64,000 bases of DNA from Terriglobia bacterium (lineage in GTDB: Bacteria; Acidobacteriota; Terriglobia; JAJPHL01; JAPKYU01), in contig CBDCVK010000003.1 in the NCBI GenBank assembly GCA_965223005.1, forward strand, positions 32,001-96,000, given 5' to 3'. This document shows positions 1 to 8,527 of the stretch, one piece after another (within the stretch, counting starts at the first letter, position 1; every line of letters starts with the position of its first letter). The position numbers were made by a program, and so were the translations under genes. The notes under the pieces were generated by a model, which saw only the letters and a program-made list of their open reading frames with translations, searched no databases and was not told the DNA's origin.

Positions 1-1434
1 CCGATCCATCCCCAAGGTCTGGCGAATGTGTAGAGCGTGGCTGTGATCAAACTTCAGCTCCGTCAGCCAGCCCGCCACGGCCCGTGCCGGGCCCGGCCAG
101 AAGACTGGGATGGTGGCTAGGACCAGCCAAAGTAGCCCAAGCGCCAACAATCCAACGCTCAGACGACGTAGCCAGCGGGCATGAGCGCCCTCAGTTCGTC
201 CGTTCAGCAGATACTGGACACCCAGCGCCGCAAGTTGTGTCGCCGCCAACGTGAACGGCACCAGGAACTTTACTGGAAAGCGAAAGATGCGGAACAGAGG
301 GATCAGGTCGTAGAACACTAGGCCAAAAGGTGTGAAGCGTCCCAGGGCCAGAGCCAGCGACACCATGCCTACCACTAGCCAGAGATGCGTGGCCCTGATG
401 CCGTCAGTTGCGGCTTCGCTCCCTGTCCCTCTGCGAACCAGTACCGCCACCATCGCCAGAGCCAACGGAACTAGGCCAATGAACACCGAAGGAAACAGAT
501 ACAGCTCGCGTCCTTCCAGATAGAGCCAAGGCAGTCCCTCATCGAGAAACGGGTCTCCCCAGAACTGAGGAGAGAGCATCTCGACAAATTTCAGTGGGTG
601 CAGCGACCAGAACAGACTGTGCTGATAGGTGAAATGGCCCGCACGTTGGGTATGGCGCAGGTGCCACAGTGTCGGGACCACTTGCACCGCCGCCAGTCCG
701 CCTGCCAGCATCAGGCCCCACAGAAAGCGGCCGAACAGCCGGCGGTTGGCGGCAGCCCAAAAGGAGGCAGCAAAGTCGCCATAGAAAGCGATAGCCCAGC
801 CGAGCACCAATGCAATGGTGACCAGGCTGATGAGGGGTGAGCCAGCGAACACCTGGAGCGCCAGGCAAGTCGCCACGAGTCCCGCGCCTCGCCAGCCGCC
901 CCGGCGCATCTGGTAATCGGCGGCCAGGACCGCCAGTGGCATCCAGGCGGTGGCCGGCAGAACGTTATAGAAATTGCCCAGCGACATCACCGGCCCGCTG
1001 AAAACGAACAACGCCCCGGCCACATAGCAGGGAAATGGCTTGAGGCCGATCCGCCGAGCCAGTAGAAATGCACCGGCCGCAGCCAAGAAGAAATGCAACA
1101 CGAAGTGCAGCTTGAAACCGTACGCCGCCGGCAGGACCCAAGTCAGCCAGGTGGTGGGATAAAACAGCAGGTAATTAGGATTGACAATAACCGACTCGCC
1201 AAAGTGCTCGAACGGATTCCACAGGGGCAGCAGACCGGACCGCACCAGCGCGCGCATCTCCACCACTCGAGGGAAGTGGGTGAAGGTAACGTCCCGGAAG
1301 AACAGGACGTCGGAAGTGAACAGATGGTGCCAGAAAACGGCAGCCACCGAGACAATCAAAACGGCGAAAGCAAAACCATAGCCGCGGCTGACCTTCTGGT
1401 CGGCGGTCCGCCGGCGGCACTCGGCACTTAGCAA
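1..1434 (-). CDS. YfhO-like / GT-C fold integral membrane protein (3' end runs off the window)
   Basis: Frame translated by hand in segments (not in the ORF track): YGFAFAVLIVSVAAVFWHHLFTSDVLFFRDV...GLLPLWNPFEHFGESVIVNP and PLFRIFRFPVKF, typical YfhO-family motifs; same frame at the window edge. Start uncertain; first start codon after the in-frame TAA at 1453-1455 is TTG 1434. Confidence 0.7.
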   Translation of the reverse strand, partial: MLSAECRRRTADQKVSRGYGFAFAVLIVSVAAVFWHHLFTSDVLFFRDVTFTHFPRVVEMRALVRSGLLPLWNPFEHFGESVIVNPNYLLFYPTTWLTWVLPAAYGFKLHFVLHFFLAAAGAFLLARRIGLKPFPCYVAGALFVFSGPVMSLGNFYNVLPATAWMPLAVLAADYQMRRGGWRGAGLVATCLALQVFAGSPLISLVTIALVLGWAIAFYGDFAASFWAAANRRLFGRFLWGLMLAGGLAAVQVVPTLWHLRHTQRAGHFTYQHSLFWSLHPLKFVEMLSPQFWGDPFLDEGLPWLYLEGRELYLFPSVFIGLVPLALAMVAVLVRRGTGSEAATDGIRATHLWLVVGMVSLALALGRFTPFGLVFYDLIPLFRIFRFPVKFLVPFTLAATQLAALGVQYLLNGRTEGAHARWLRRLSVGLLALGLLWLVLATIPVFWPGPARAVAGWLTELKFDHSHALHIRQTLGMDR

Positions 1435-1467
1435 CGCATTACCTGTCGGCGCTTAGCAACGCACTAC
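1421..1467. repeat. Two 22-bp direct repeats, 25-bp period
   Basis: tcggcacttagcaacgcattac (1421-1442) and tcggcgcttagcaacgcactac (1446-1467), 2 mismatches. Confidence 0.85.
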
Positions 1468-1715
1468 GTGGAAGTTAAGTTGTCCTTCAGAGCGTCTGCT
1501 GAGGCAGGTCGTGCATCAGCTTCCATAGCCCGTCCGGAGCGAATTCCGGCGACCGGCAGTAGTCCCGGCAATGGTCAACGATGCAATCTTTTATCTGTCC
1601 CTTCCCCTGCGTAGAACGGCACTAGACTGGCACGAAAGGGAGCAAATCGCAACCGGCCATTCCCCCACAAGATGGAGAAGCAAGTGACTGAGGAAAGAAA
1701 TGAAGACCGCTGAAC

Positions 1716-2015
1716 TCAGCGGGCCGGCGGCAGGGCGCGGGCTTCGCGAGGTGGTGGAGCAGGCAGAGTAAAGATGATCTCGCCCGGGCGGACCAGCTTC
1801 ATCTCTTCGCGGGCGATGCGTTCAATGGCGGCGGGGTCGCTGCGCAAACCCTGGACGCTTTGCTGCAACTGCTGGTTCTCTCCCTGGAGGTGGCGAATTT
1901 CGCGTTCCAGTTGCCGCACCTCCTTCTGTCGCTGGCGCATCTTGAGGTGTCCGTGGTCCCCTACAATCTGATGGACGCACAGCAACAGCAGCAACAGGCC
2001 GCCGACACCGGCCAA
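1716..2015 (-). CDS. ftsB: Septum formation initiator FtsB/DivIC
   Basis: N-terminal TM, GDHG, coiled coil, IERIAREEMKLVRPGE motif. Confidence 0.85.
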   Translation of the reverse strand: MAGVGGLLLLLLCVHQIVGDHGHLKMRQRQKEVRQLEREIRHLQGENQQLQQSVQGLRSDPAAIERIAREEMKLVRPGEIIFTLPAPPPREARALPPAR

Positions 2016-2044
2016 CCAGCGCCAACGCTGCCCCGGCCGCGTAA

Positions 2045-3445
2045 CTAGGTGAATACGAATTTTTTTCCCTCCTCGACCAGCGAGTTCAACTCGGCAGGGT
2101 CGCGAGCTTCCGCATAGACGCGCACGACCGGCTCGGTCCCTGAAACGCGGAACAAGGCCCAGGAACCGTCCTCCAGCACCAGCTTCAAACCGTCCAGCCG
2201 CACGATTTGTTTCACCTTGCGACCAGCAAAGCTGGACGGGTCCTGCTGGAGGCGGCCCAGGAACCGCGCCTTAACCTCCTGGGGCAACCGGAAGTTGACC
2301 CGCTGCGGGTAAAAGCCGCCGACCTTGCGGAACAGCTCCTCCAACTGCTCGCGGAGTGGCGCACCGCGCCGCGCTACCATCTCCGCCGTCAGCAGGCAGG
2401 CCAGGATGCCGTCCTTTTCCGGAACGTGGCGATAGATGGACAGCCCGGCACTCTCCTCGCCGCCCAGCACGATCTTATCCTCTTTGATCAGCTCCCCGAT
2501 GTATTTGAAGCCCACCGGGGTTTCATAAAGTGGCACCTGATGGTGCTCCGACAGCGCGTTCACCAGATTGGTGGTGGCCACGCTTTTGGCCACGCCCAGC
2601 TTCCAGCCGCGCGTCTCCACCAGGTAGTCAAACAGGAGCCCGACGATGTAGTTGGGCGAGATGAAGTGTCCGCCGTCATCCATGATGCCGAAGCGGTCAG
2701 CGTCACCGTCGGTGGACAGGCCTAACTGCGCCCCGGTCTCCTCCATCGCTTGCTTCAGCTCCCCCAGGTATTCGTCGGCGGGCTCGGGAGGGTGGCCGCC
2801 AAAGAGAACGTCCCGGCAGTCATGCAGGACGGTCACCGCAATACCCGCGTCCCGCAACAAGCGGTCCGCATAGCCGCGGGCGGCGCCGTAGAGAGGATCT
2901 AAGACCAGCTTCAAGCCCGCCTTGCGGATCGCCTCCAGGTCCACCTTGCTGCGGAGGTCCTCGAGGTAGGCACGGTCCAAGTCCACCGGCTCGATGGAGC
3001 CGGGGCTGGTACCCGGTCGTGGCGATGCGCCCTCTTGAATCAGTCGCTCCACCTCGTGGGTCACCTCGGGCAAGGCCGGCGCGCCGTCGGAAGTGGAAAA
3101 TTTCACCCCGTTATACTCAGGCGGGTTATGTGAGGCCGTGAAGTTAATGCCGCCGTCGGTGCCCCGGTTCCGGATTTCGAAGGAAATAGCGGGCGTCGGC
3201 GCCGACTGCCGACCAACCAGGCAGCGGACGCCGTAGCCGGAGGCCACCTGAGCAGCTAACTCCGCACAGGTCTCTCCCAGGAAGCGAGGATCGCGCCCTA
3301 CAATCAGCACTGGCGCTCCGTCCTGATGATGCTCCACCACGTACCGGGCAATGCCTGCCACCGCGCGGCGTACGTTGGCAAGGGTGAAGTCCTCGGCAAT
3401 GATGGCCCGCCATCCGGAAGTCCCAAACTTGATTTCCGCGCTCAT
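2045..3445 (-). CDS. pgm: Phosphoglucomutase/phosphomannomutase family protein
   Basis: FGTSGWR, TASHNP phosphoserine loop, DGDADR metal loop, GGEESAG, RVSGTEP. Confidence 0.93.
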   Translation of the reverse strand: MSAEIKFGTSGWRAIIAEDFTLANVRRAVAGIARYVVEHHQDGAPVLIVGRDPRFLGETCAELAAQVASGYGVRCLVGRQSAPTPAISFEIRNRGTDGGINFTASHNPPEYNGVKFSTSDGAPALPEVTHEVERLIQEGASPRPGTSPGSIEPVDLDRAYLEDLRSKVDLEAIRKAGLKLVLDPLYGAARGYADRLLRDAGIAVTVLHDCRDVLFGGHPPEPADEYLGELKQAMEETGAQLGLSTDGDADRFGIMDDGGHFISPNYIVGLLFDYLVETRGWKLGVAKSVATTNLVNALSEHHQVPLYETPVGFKYIGELIKEDKIVLGGEESAGLSIYRHVPEKDGILACLLTAEMVARRGAPLREQLEELFRKVGGFYPQRVNFRLPQEVKARFLGRLQQDPSSFAGRKVKQIVRLDGLKLVLEDGSWALFRVSGTEPVVRVYAEARDPAELNSLVEEGKKFVFT

Positions 3446-3459
3446 GGTAGTATGTCGGT

Positions 3460-3786
3460 GTGACCGACAAAGTGGTTGTTTATGTGACCAGCGGCGACAC
3501 CGACGAAAGCAAGAAGATCGCCCGCGCGTTGGTCGAGAAACGCCTGGCCGCCTGCGTAAACCTGCTTCCGCAGGTTCGCTCCTTCTACCGCTGGGAAGGC
3601 AAGATCCAGGATGACCCGGAGTCGCTGCTGGTCATCAAGACCAGCCGCAGTTTGTTTGCCGCCGTCCGCGCCGAAGTCGAGCGCCTTCACAGCTACCACG
3701 TCCCCGAAGTGCTCTGTGTTCCCATTCTTGAGGGATCGCCCAACTACATGGCCTGGCTGGGGGATTGCCTGGGCGAATCCGAGTAG
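3460..3786 (+). CDS. cutA: Divalent-cation tolerance protein CutA
   Basis: LVEKRLAACVN, SFYRWEGKI, HSYHVPEV. Confidence 0.93.
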   Translation: MTDKVVVYVTSGDTDESKKIARALVEKRLAACVNLLPQVRSFYRWEGKIQDDPESLLVIKTSRSLFAAVRAEVERLHSYHVPEVLCVPILEGSPNYMAWLGDCLGESE

Positions 3787-3819
3787 AATCCGGGCGTGGG
3801 TATCCCAACCCACGCTTGC

Positions 3820-4965
3820 TCAGGTTGCTTGCAGGGCGTTCTCCAGGTCACCCAGAATATCCTCTACGTCCTCGATCCCGACCGAGAGGCGCAGCAACCC
3901 CTCGCTAATACCCATCTGGGCGCGCTCCTCAGGGCTCAAACCGGCGTGCGACATGCTGGCCGGATGCGAGATGAGCGTCTCGACACCTCCCAGGCTCTCC
4001 CCCAAGGAACATAGGCGCAGACCGGCCAGCAGGCGCCGCGCTGCCTCCAGCGAGCCCATGTCGAACGCTATCATGCCTCCGAAGCCGCTCATCTGGCGTC
4101 GGGCCAGCTCGTACTGCGGGTGGCTGGACAAGCCTGGATAATATACCCGGAGCACCTTCGGCTGCTGACTCAGCCAGGTGGCTACGGCCACGCCGTTTTC
4201 GTTGTGCTGCCGCATGCGCACGGCCAGGGTTTTGACGCCGCGCAGCACCAGCCAGCAGTCGAACGGGCCAAGAATGGCGCCAGCCGTGCTCTGGATGAGA
4301 CCGAGCTGCCGGGCGCGATCTTGCTGGCTGGCGGCGAAGACCACGGCGCCGCCCACACCATCACTGTGTCCGTTCAAGTACTTGGTGGTGGAATGCACCA
4401 CGACATCGGCGCCCAGAGCCAGCGGACGCTGGAAGTAGGGAGTCATGAAGGTGTTGTCCACCCCCAGCAGCAGGCCACGGGCATGGGCCAGCTCAGCAGC
4501 CGCCGCGATGTCGGTCAAGGTCATCAGCGGGTTGGCCGGCGTCTCAATATAGAGCAGGCGCGTGTTGGGGCGGATGGCGGTTTCCACCTCTTCCAGGCAG
4601 GCCGTGTCCGCGTAGCTAAACTCCAGCCCGGAGCGGGCCAGAACTCGGCGGAACAGGCGGGGCACTCCGCCGTAAACCCGGCGGGAGCACAGGACGTGGT
4701 CGCCGTGGCCAAACAAGCTCAGCAGCGCGTGGATTGCCGCCATGCCCGAGGCGAAGGCCAGCCCGACCGCTCCCCCCTCCAGCGCCGCCAGGTTCCGTTC
4801 CAGTGCGCGCCTCGTCGGGTTGCTGGAGCGGGCGTACTCATACCCCTTGTGCCGTCCCAGAGCTTCCTGCACGAAGGTGGAGGTCTGGTAGATGGGAGAG
4901 ACAATGGCGCCGGTGGCCGGGTCGGGCTCTTGCCCGCAATGAATCGCGTCGGTGGCAAAACCCAT
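3820..4965 (-). CDS. Cys/Met metabolism PLP-dependent enzyme (cystathionine gamma-synthase/lyase)
   Basis: MGFATDAIH start, PIYQTSTF, YARSSNPTR, ETPANP, DNTF, HSTTKYLNGHSD (PLP lysine), ESLGGVE; start trimmed to ATG 4965. Confidence 0.92.
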   Translation of the reverse strand: MGFATDAIHCGQEPDPATGAIVSPIYQTSTFVQEALGRHKGYEYARSSNPTRRALERNLAALEGGAVGLAFASGMAAIHALLSLFGHGDHVLCSRRVYGGVPRLFRRVLARSGLEFSYADTACLEEVETAIRPNTRLLYIETPANPLMTLTDIAAAAELAHARGLLLGVDNTFMTPYFQRPLALGADVVVHSTTKYLNGHSDGVGGAVVFAASQQDRARQLGLIQSTAGAILGPFDCWLVLRGVKTLAVRMRQHNENGVAVATWLSQQPKVLRVYYPGLSSHPQYELARRQMSGFGGMIAFDMGSLEAARRLLAGLRLCSLGESLGGVETLISHPASMSHAGLSPEERAQMGISEGLLRLSVGIEDVEDILGDLENALQAT

Positions 4966-5062
4966 GGCTGGAAAAGTATCACAACTCCAGAGTTCGGAGA
5001 CCGAAGTGCGCCGTCCGAAGTGTCTACCGGAGCGGGGCTGTCTTGGACTAGAATAGGAGGTT

Positions 5063-5494
5063 ATGAAGGTGAGAACGCTTGCTGCCGCCCTTTTTCTATT
5101 GCCGCTTGTCCTGTGGAACCCGCTTGCGGCCGACACCCAGTACACCATTCTGACGATTGACGTGCGCGACGCCACTAGCAAACGGCCGGTTCACCAGGCT
5201 TCGGTTACCGTGAACTTCGTTACCACGCGTATAATCCGTAAGGACTTGCGCCGCGAGTGGAATAGCAAGACCAACCGGCGGGGATTGGTGGAATTCCCGG
5301 AGATTCCCTCTGGTAAGGTGCGCGTACAGGTGATTGCCCCCGCTTACCAGACCGGCGGTGAAATTTTCGAGATCAGCGGCGAAGAGCACACCGTGAAGAT
5401 AAAGCTGGAGCGGCCCAAGAAGCGCCAAGTGTCAGCTCACGAACCGCCCGAGCTGGAGAAGAAACCCGAGTCAGAGAAGAAAAAGCCCGAATAG
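5063..5494 (+). CDS. Secreted carboxypeptidase-regulatory-like domain protein
   Basis: SD GGAGG, signal peptide, IDVRDA..PVHQASVTV...KTNRRG..FPEIPSGKVRVQVIAPAYQT pattern. Confidence 0.75.
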   Translation: MKVRTLAAALFLLPLVLWNPLAADTQYTILTIDVRDATSKRPVHQASVTVNFVTTRIIRKDLRREWNSKTNRRGLVEFPEIPSGKVRVQVIAPAYQTGGEIFEISGEEHTVKIKLERPKKRQVSAHEPPELEKKPESEKKKPE

Positions 5495-5559
5495 AGGGCG
5501 AGCTGCCCGGCCGCGCGGCGTTCAAAAATCCCATTTTCTGTGTCCACCATCCTGTTTGT

Positions 5560-5588
5560 TTGCCTCAGCGACTGTATTTTGGTAGAAT
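5560..5588 (+). promoter_or_regulatory. Sigma70-like promoter in a convergent intergenic region
   Basis: TTGCCT-N17-TAGAAT. Confidence 0.4.
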
Positions 5589-5708
5589 TGTCAGACTTCA
5601 CGGGCCCGCAACCGACTTCCCCATCTAGCCCATCACTTTTGAGATCCAAACCTTATCTGCACCACGCATCATCTCCTGGAAGCCACGCCCTCTCGTACAC
5701 AACTCCAG

Positions 5709-6863
5709 TCATTTCTTTTCCAGTTTGGGTTTTGGAGCCGGCGCCGTTCTGGCATCCGGGGCTGGGTTTGCCACGCTTCCCGGTTTGGCCGGTGCGACAC
5801 CGGTAATCACCGGGCGGGCAGTTCCCGGAGTTGGCGACTGCGTTGCCTGCGGGCCGAAAAACTTTTCGTTCAACACCAGCGGGAATTCCTTCTTCACCTG
5901 CTCCATAGCCTGAAGAAACTTCTCCTGCTGGAGGGTGCCGCGGATGGTCGCATCGGCCTCATTCAGGGTAACCGCTCGTATTTCTTGTGTCTGCAATATG
6001 TAGTATCCCTGGCCTTCCTTGACCGGCTCGCTGATCTGGTTCGGCCTCAGGCTGAAGAGGACCTTCGCCAAACTGGCGGGAAGCTGGTTCTTGCGGACGG
6101 TGCCAAGGTCCCCGCCCTTTTGTGCGCTCTCCTTGTGATCGGAATGGGCTTTGGCGAGAGCTGAAAAATCGGCTCCAGCCAACAGCTGCTCGCGTAGCTC
6201 TTCGGCGCGGGCAAGGGCTTGCTGCTCAGTCCGCGGCTTGGGCGCCTCCTGCTCGGTGGCAGAAGCGACGGCGGCAGGCTTAGCCTGAGGCTTGAAAGCT
6301 ACGAAGATACTTTTCACCTTGGCTTGCTCAAACTCGGCCCGATGCTCGTCGTAGTAGTCCGTCACTTCCTCCTTGGTGATCTGCTGAGCTTTAGCCTGAA
6401 GGCGTTGGACGGCCAGACTTGCCAGCAACTGGACTTTCATAAACTGGAGCTGCCCTCTGAACTGGGGAGTCTGATCCAGCTTTTCTTGTTTGGCCAGCAG
6501 CGCCAGGCCTCGAAATGCCGCGTAGTTATTAGCGAATAATCTATCTCCCCACTGTTGCGCCAAACGCCCGTACTGCGCCGGCAGGCCTTGCTTGATCATC
6601 TCGAAACTCGACCGGGTGATTTCTTCCGGACCAATGGTGAGCACAACTTCATCGGGACCTACCGTGTCCTTACTGGAGGGCGCCGCCGGGTTGGCGGGTG
6701 GAACCGTCTGGGGCTCCTTGGCAGGACTGGACGACGTGGCCGGCTGAGGTTGAGCAGCTGGCTTGGGCTTGCCAGCCGGGGCCGGCTCCTGGGCTAACAA
6801 CCCCACGCCCAACACTCCCACCGCCACCCACGTTGCCGTCACATACCTTTTCTTTAGATACAT
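5709..6863 (-). CDS. Parvulin-type peptidyl-prolyl isomerase (PrsA/SurA-like chaperone)
   Basis: Signal/TM segment, ADFSALAKAHSD..SAQKGGDLG, ISEPVK..GYYIL. Confidence 0.88.
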   Translation of the reverse strand: MYLKKRYVTATWVAVGVLGVGLLAQEPAPAGKPKPAAQPQPATSSSPAKEPQTVPPANPAAPSSKDTVGPDEVVLTIGPEEITRSSFEMIKQGLPAQYGRLAQQWGDRLFANNYAAFRGLALLAKQEKLDQTPQFRGQLQFMKVQLLASLAVQRLQAKAQQITKEEVTDYYDEHRAEFEQAKVKSIFVAFKPQAKPAAVASATEQEAPKPRTEQQALARAEELREQLLAGADFSALAKAHSDHKESAQKGGDLGTVRKNQLPASLAKVLFSLRPNQISEPVKEGQGYYILQTQEIRAVTLNEADATIRGTLQQEKFLQAMEQVKKEFPLVLNEKFFGPQATQSPTPGTARPVITGVAPAKPGSVANPAPDARTAPAPKPKLEKK

Positions 6864-7039
6864 GGGACTTCCCTCGCATTCCTTTTCAGATTTAGTCTCG
6901 AAAGCCAGGGTACCGGGTATCTTTCAGGCGGAACCCTACCGGCAGGCGAGACCCTGCCGGACGAAATGGCCTGTTCGAGAAGGCGAACCGACCAACAAAC
7001 CCGCGCGCGCAATGGCTTATCATAGCATAGCGCGCAGCC

Positions 7040-8509
7040 ATGCCTATGCTTCGACCGTACGGCGCAACGGCCACGCCCGCCGACACGCCGCTTGCGCTGA
7101 GCCAGCAGCAGAGGGAAAAACGCCGTGTCGCGTTCCGCTCCATCCTGGCGGCCACCGTCATCACAGCCCTGAAGGTGGTGGTCGGATTCCGCACCGGAAG
7201 CCTGGGCGTCTTATCGGAAGCGGCCCATTCTGCCCTGGACCTGATGGCGGCCGTCATCACCTTCGTATCGGTGCGCGTTTCCGACAAGCCCGCCGATGCA
7301 GAACATCAATACGGCCACCAAAAAATCGAGAACTTTTCCGCATTCCTGCAAACCGGGCTGTTGCTGCTGACCTGCGTCTGGATTGTGGTGGAGGCGGTTC
7401 GGCGGCTGCTTCACCAGAACGTGGAAATTGAGGCTTCCGTGTGGGCTTTCGGGGTGATGTTCCTTTCCGTGGTGGTGGACTACAACCGCTCCCGGGCGTT
7501 GCAGCGCACGGCCCGCAAGTACGAGAGCCAAGCCCTGGAGGCCGACGCCCTGCATTTTTCGACCGACGTGTGGAGTTCCCTGGTGGTGATCTTCGGGTTG
7601 ACGCTGGTCTGGGCCGGACGCCGCTACGGCATGCCTGAGCTGATGGTGGCCGACCCGCTGGCGGCTATCGGCGTCAGTGGCATCGTTGCCTATATCGGTC
7701 TGCAACTGGGCAAGCGCACAATGGACGCCCTGCTGGACGCCGCCCCCCGGGGTGTGCGGGCCGAACTGGCGGCTCAGGTCCGCCAGGTGAAGGGAGTACT
7801 GGCTTGCGAACGGCTGCGGGTCCGCCGGGCCGGCAACCGCTACTTTGTTGACACCATCATTGCCGTGGAACGCTCGCTTCCGTTTGAGCAGGTCGAGGCC
7901 ATTGCCGACGCCGTCGAGGAGCGAATCCAGCAAACGCTGCCCCATTCCGACGTGATGATCCACACCGAGCCACGCCCGCCTCCCTTGGGCAGCCTGTTCG
8001 AAAAAGTGAAAGCGGTGGCTGCGCGGCACAACCTGTTCGTGCACGAGCTGGCCGCACATGACATCGCCGGCAATCGCCACCTGGAACTGCACCTGGAGGT
8101 GAGCGATCGCCACACCCTCCGCCAGGCCCACGAGCTGGTCAGCCGCGTTGAGACCGAGATCCTGCGCGAAGCCCCCGAGGTCACCACCATTAACACCCAC
8201 ATCGAGGACGAAGGAGCGCAGGTGGAGTTCGGGCGCCTGGTCGTGGAGGAGCACGGCAGTATCGAACAGCGGCTGCGGGAAATCGCCACCCAATTTCCGG
8301 AAATTCTGGATTGCCACGAAATCCTGGTCCGCTTGGTCCGCAATCGCCTCTATGTTTCCTGCCATTGCACCATGAACGGCGATCTGCCCATTGCCCGTGT
8401 GCACGAAGTCACCGCCGACCTGGAGACGCAATTCAAGCGCGCCTTGCCCGGCGTGTTTCGCCTCACGATTCACAGCGAACCAGACAGCGAACGGGGCCTG
8501 ACGCCTTAA
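7040..8509 (+). CDS. Cation diffusion facilitator transporter with three C-terminal dimerisation domains
   Basis: SEAAHSALD, KPADAEHQYGHQKIE, ADALHFSTD, then three repeats ending IHTEP / THIED / IHSEP. Confidence 0.9.
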   Translation: MPMLRPYGATATPADTPLALSQQQREKRRVAFRSILAATVITALKVVVGFRTGSLGVLSEAAHSALDLMAAVITFVSVRVSDKPADAEHQYGHQKIENFSAFLQTGLLLLTCVWIVVEAVRRLLHQNVEIEASVWAFGVMFLSVVVDYNRSRALQRTARKYESQALEADALHFSTDVWSSLVVIFGLTLVWAGRRYGMPELMVADPLAAIGVSGIVAYIGLQLGKRTMDALLDAAPRGVRAELAAQVRQVKGVLACERLRVRRAGNRYFVDTIIAVERSLPFEQVEAIADAVEERIQQTLPHSDVMIHTEPRPPPLGSLFEKVKAVAARHNLFVHELAAHDIAGNRHLELHLEVSDRHTLRQAHELVSRVETEILREAPEVTTINTHIEDEGAQVEFGRLVVEEHGSIEQRLREIATQFPEILDCHEILVRLVRNRLYVSCHCTMNGDLPIARVHEVTADLETQFKRALPGVFRLTIHSEPDSERGLTP

Positions 8510-8527
8510 CGAAAAAGTCGGGACTCA

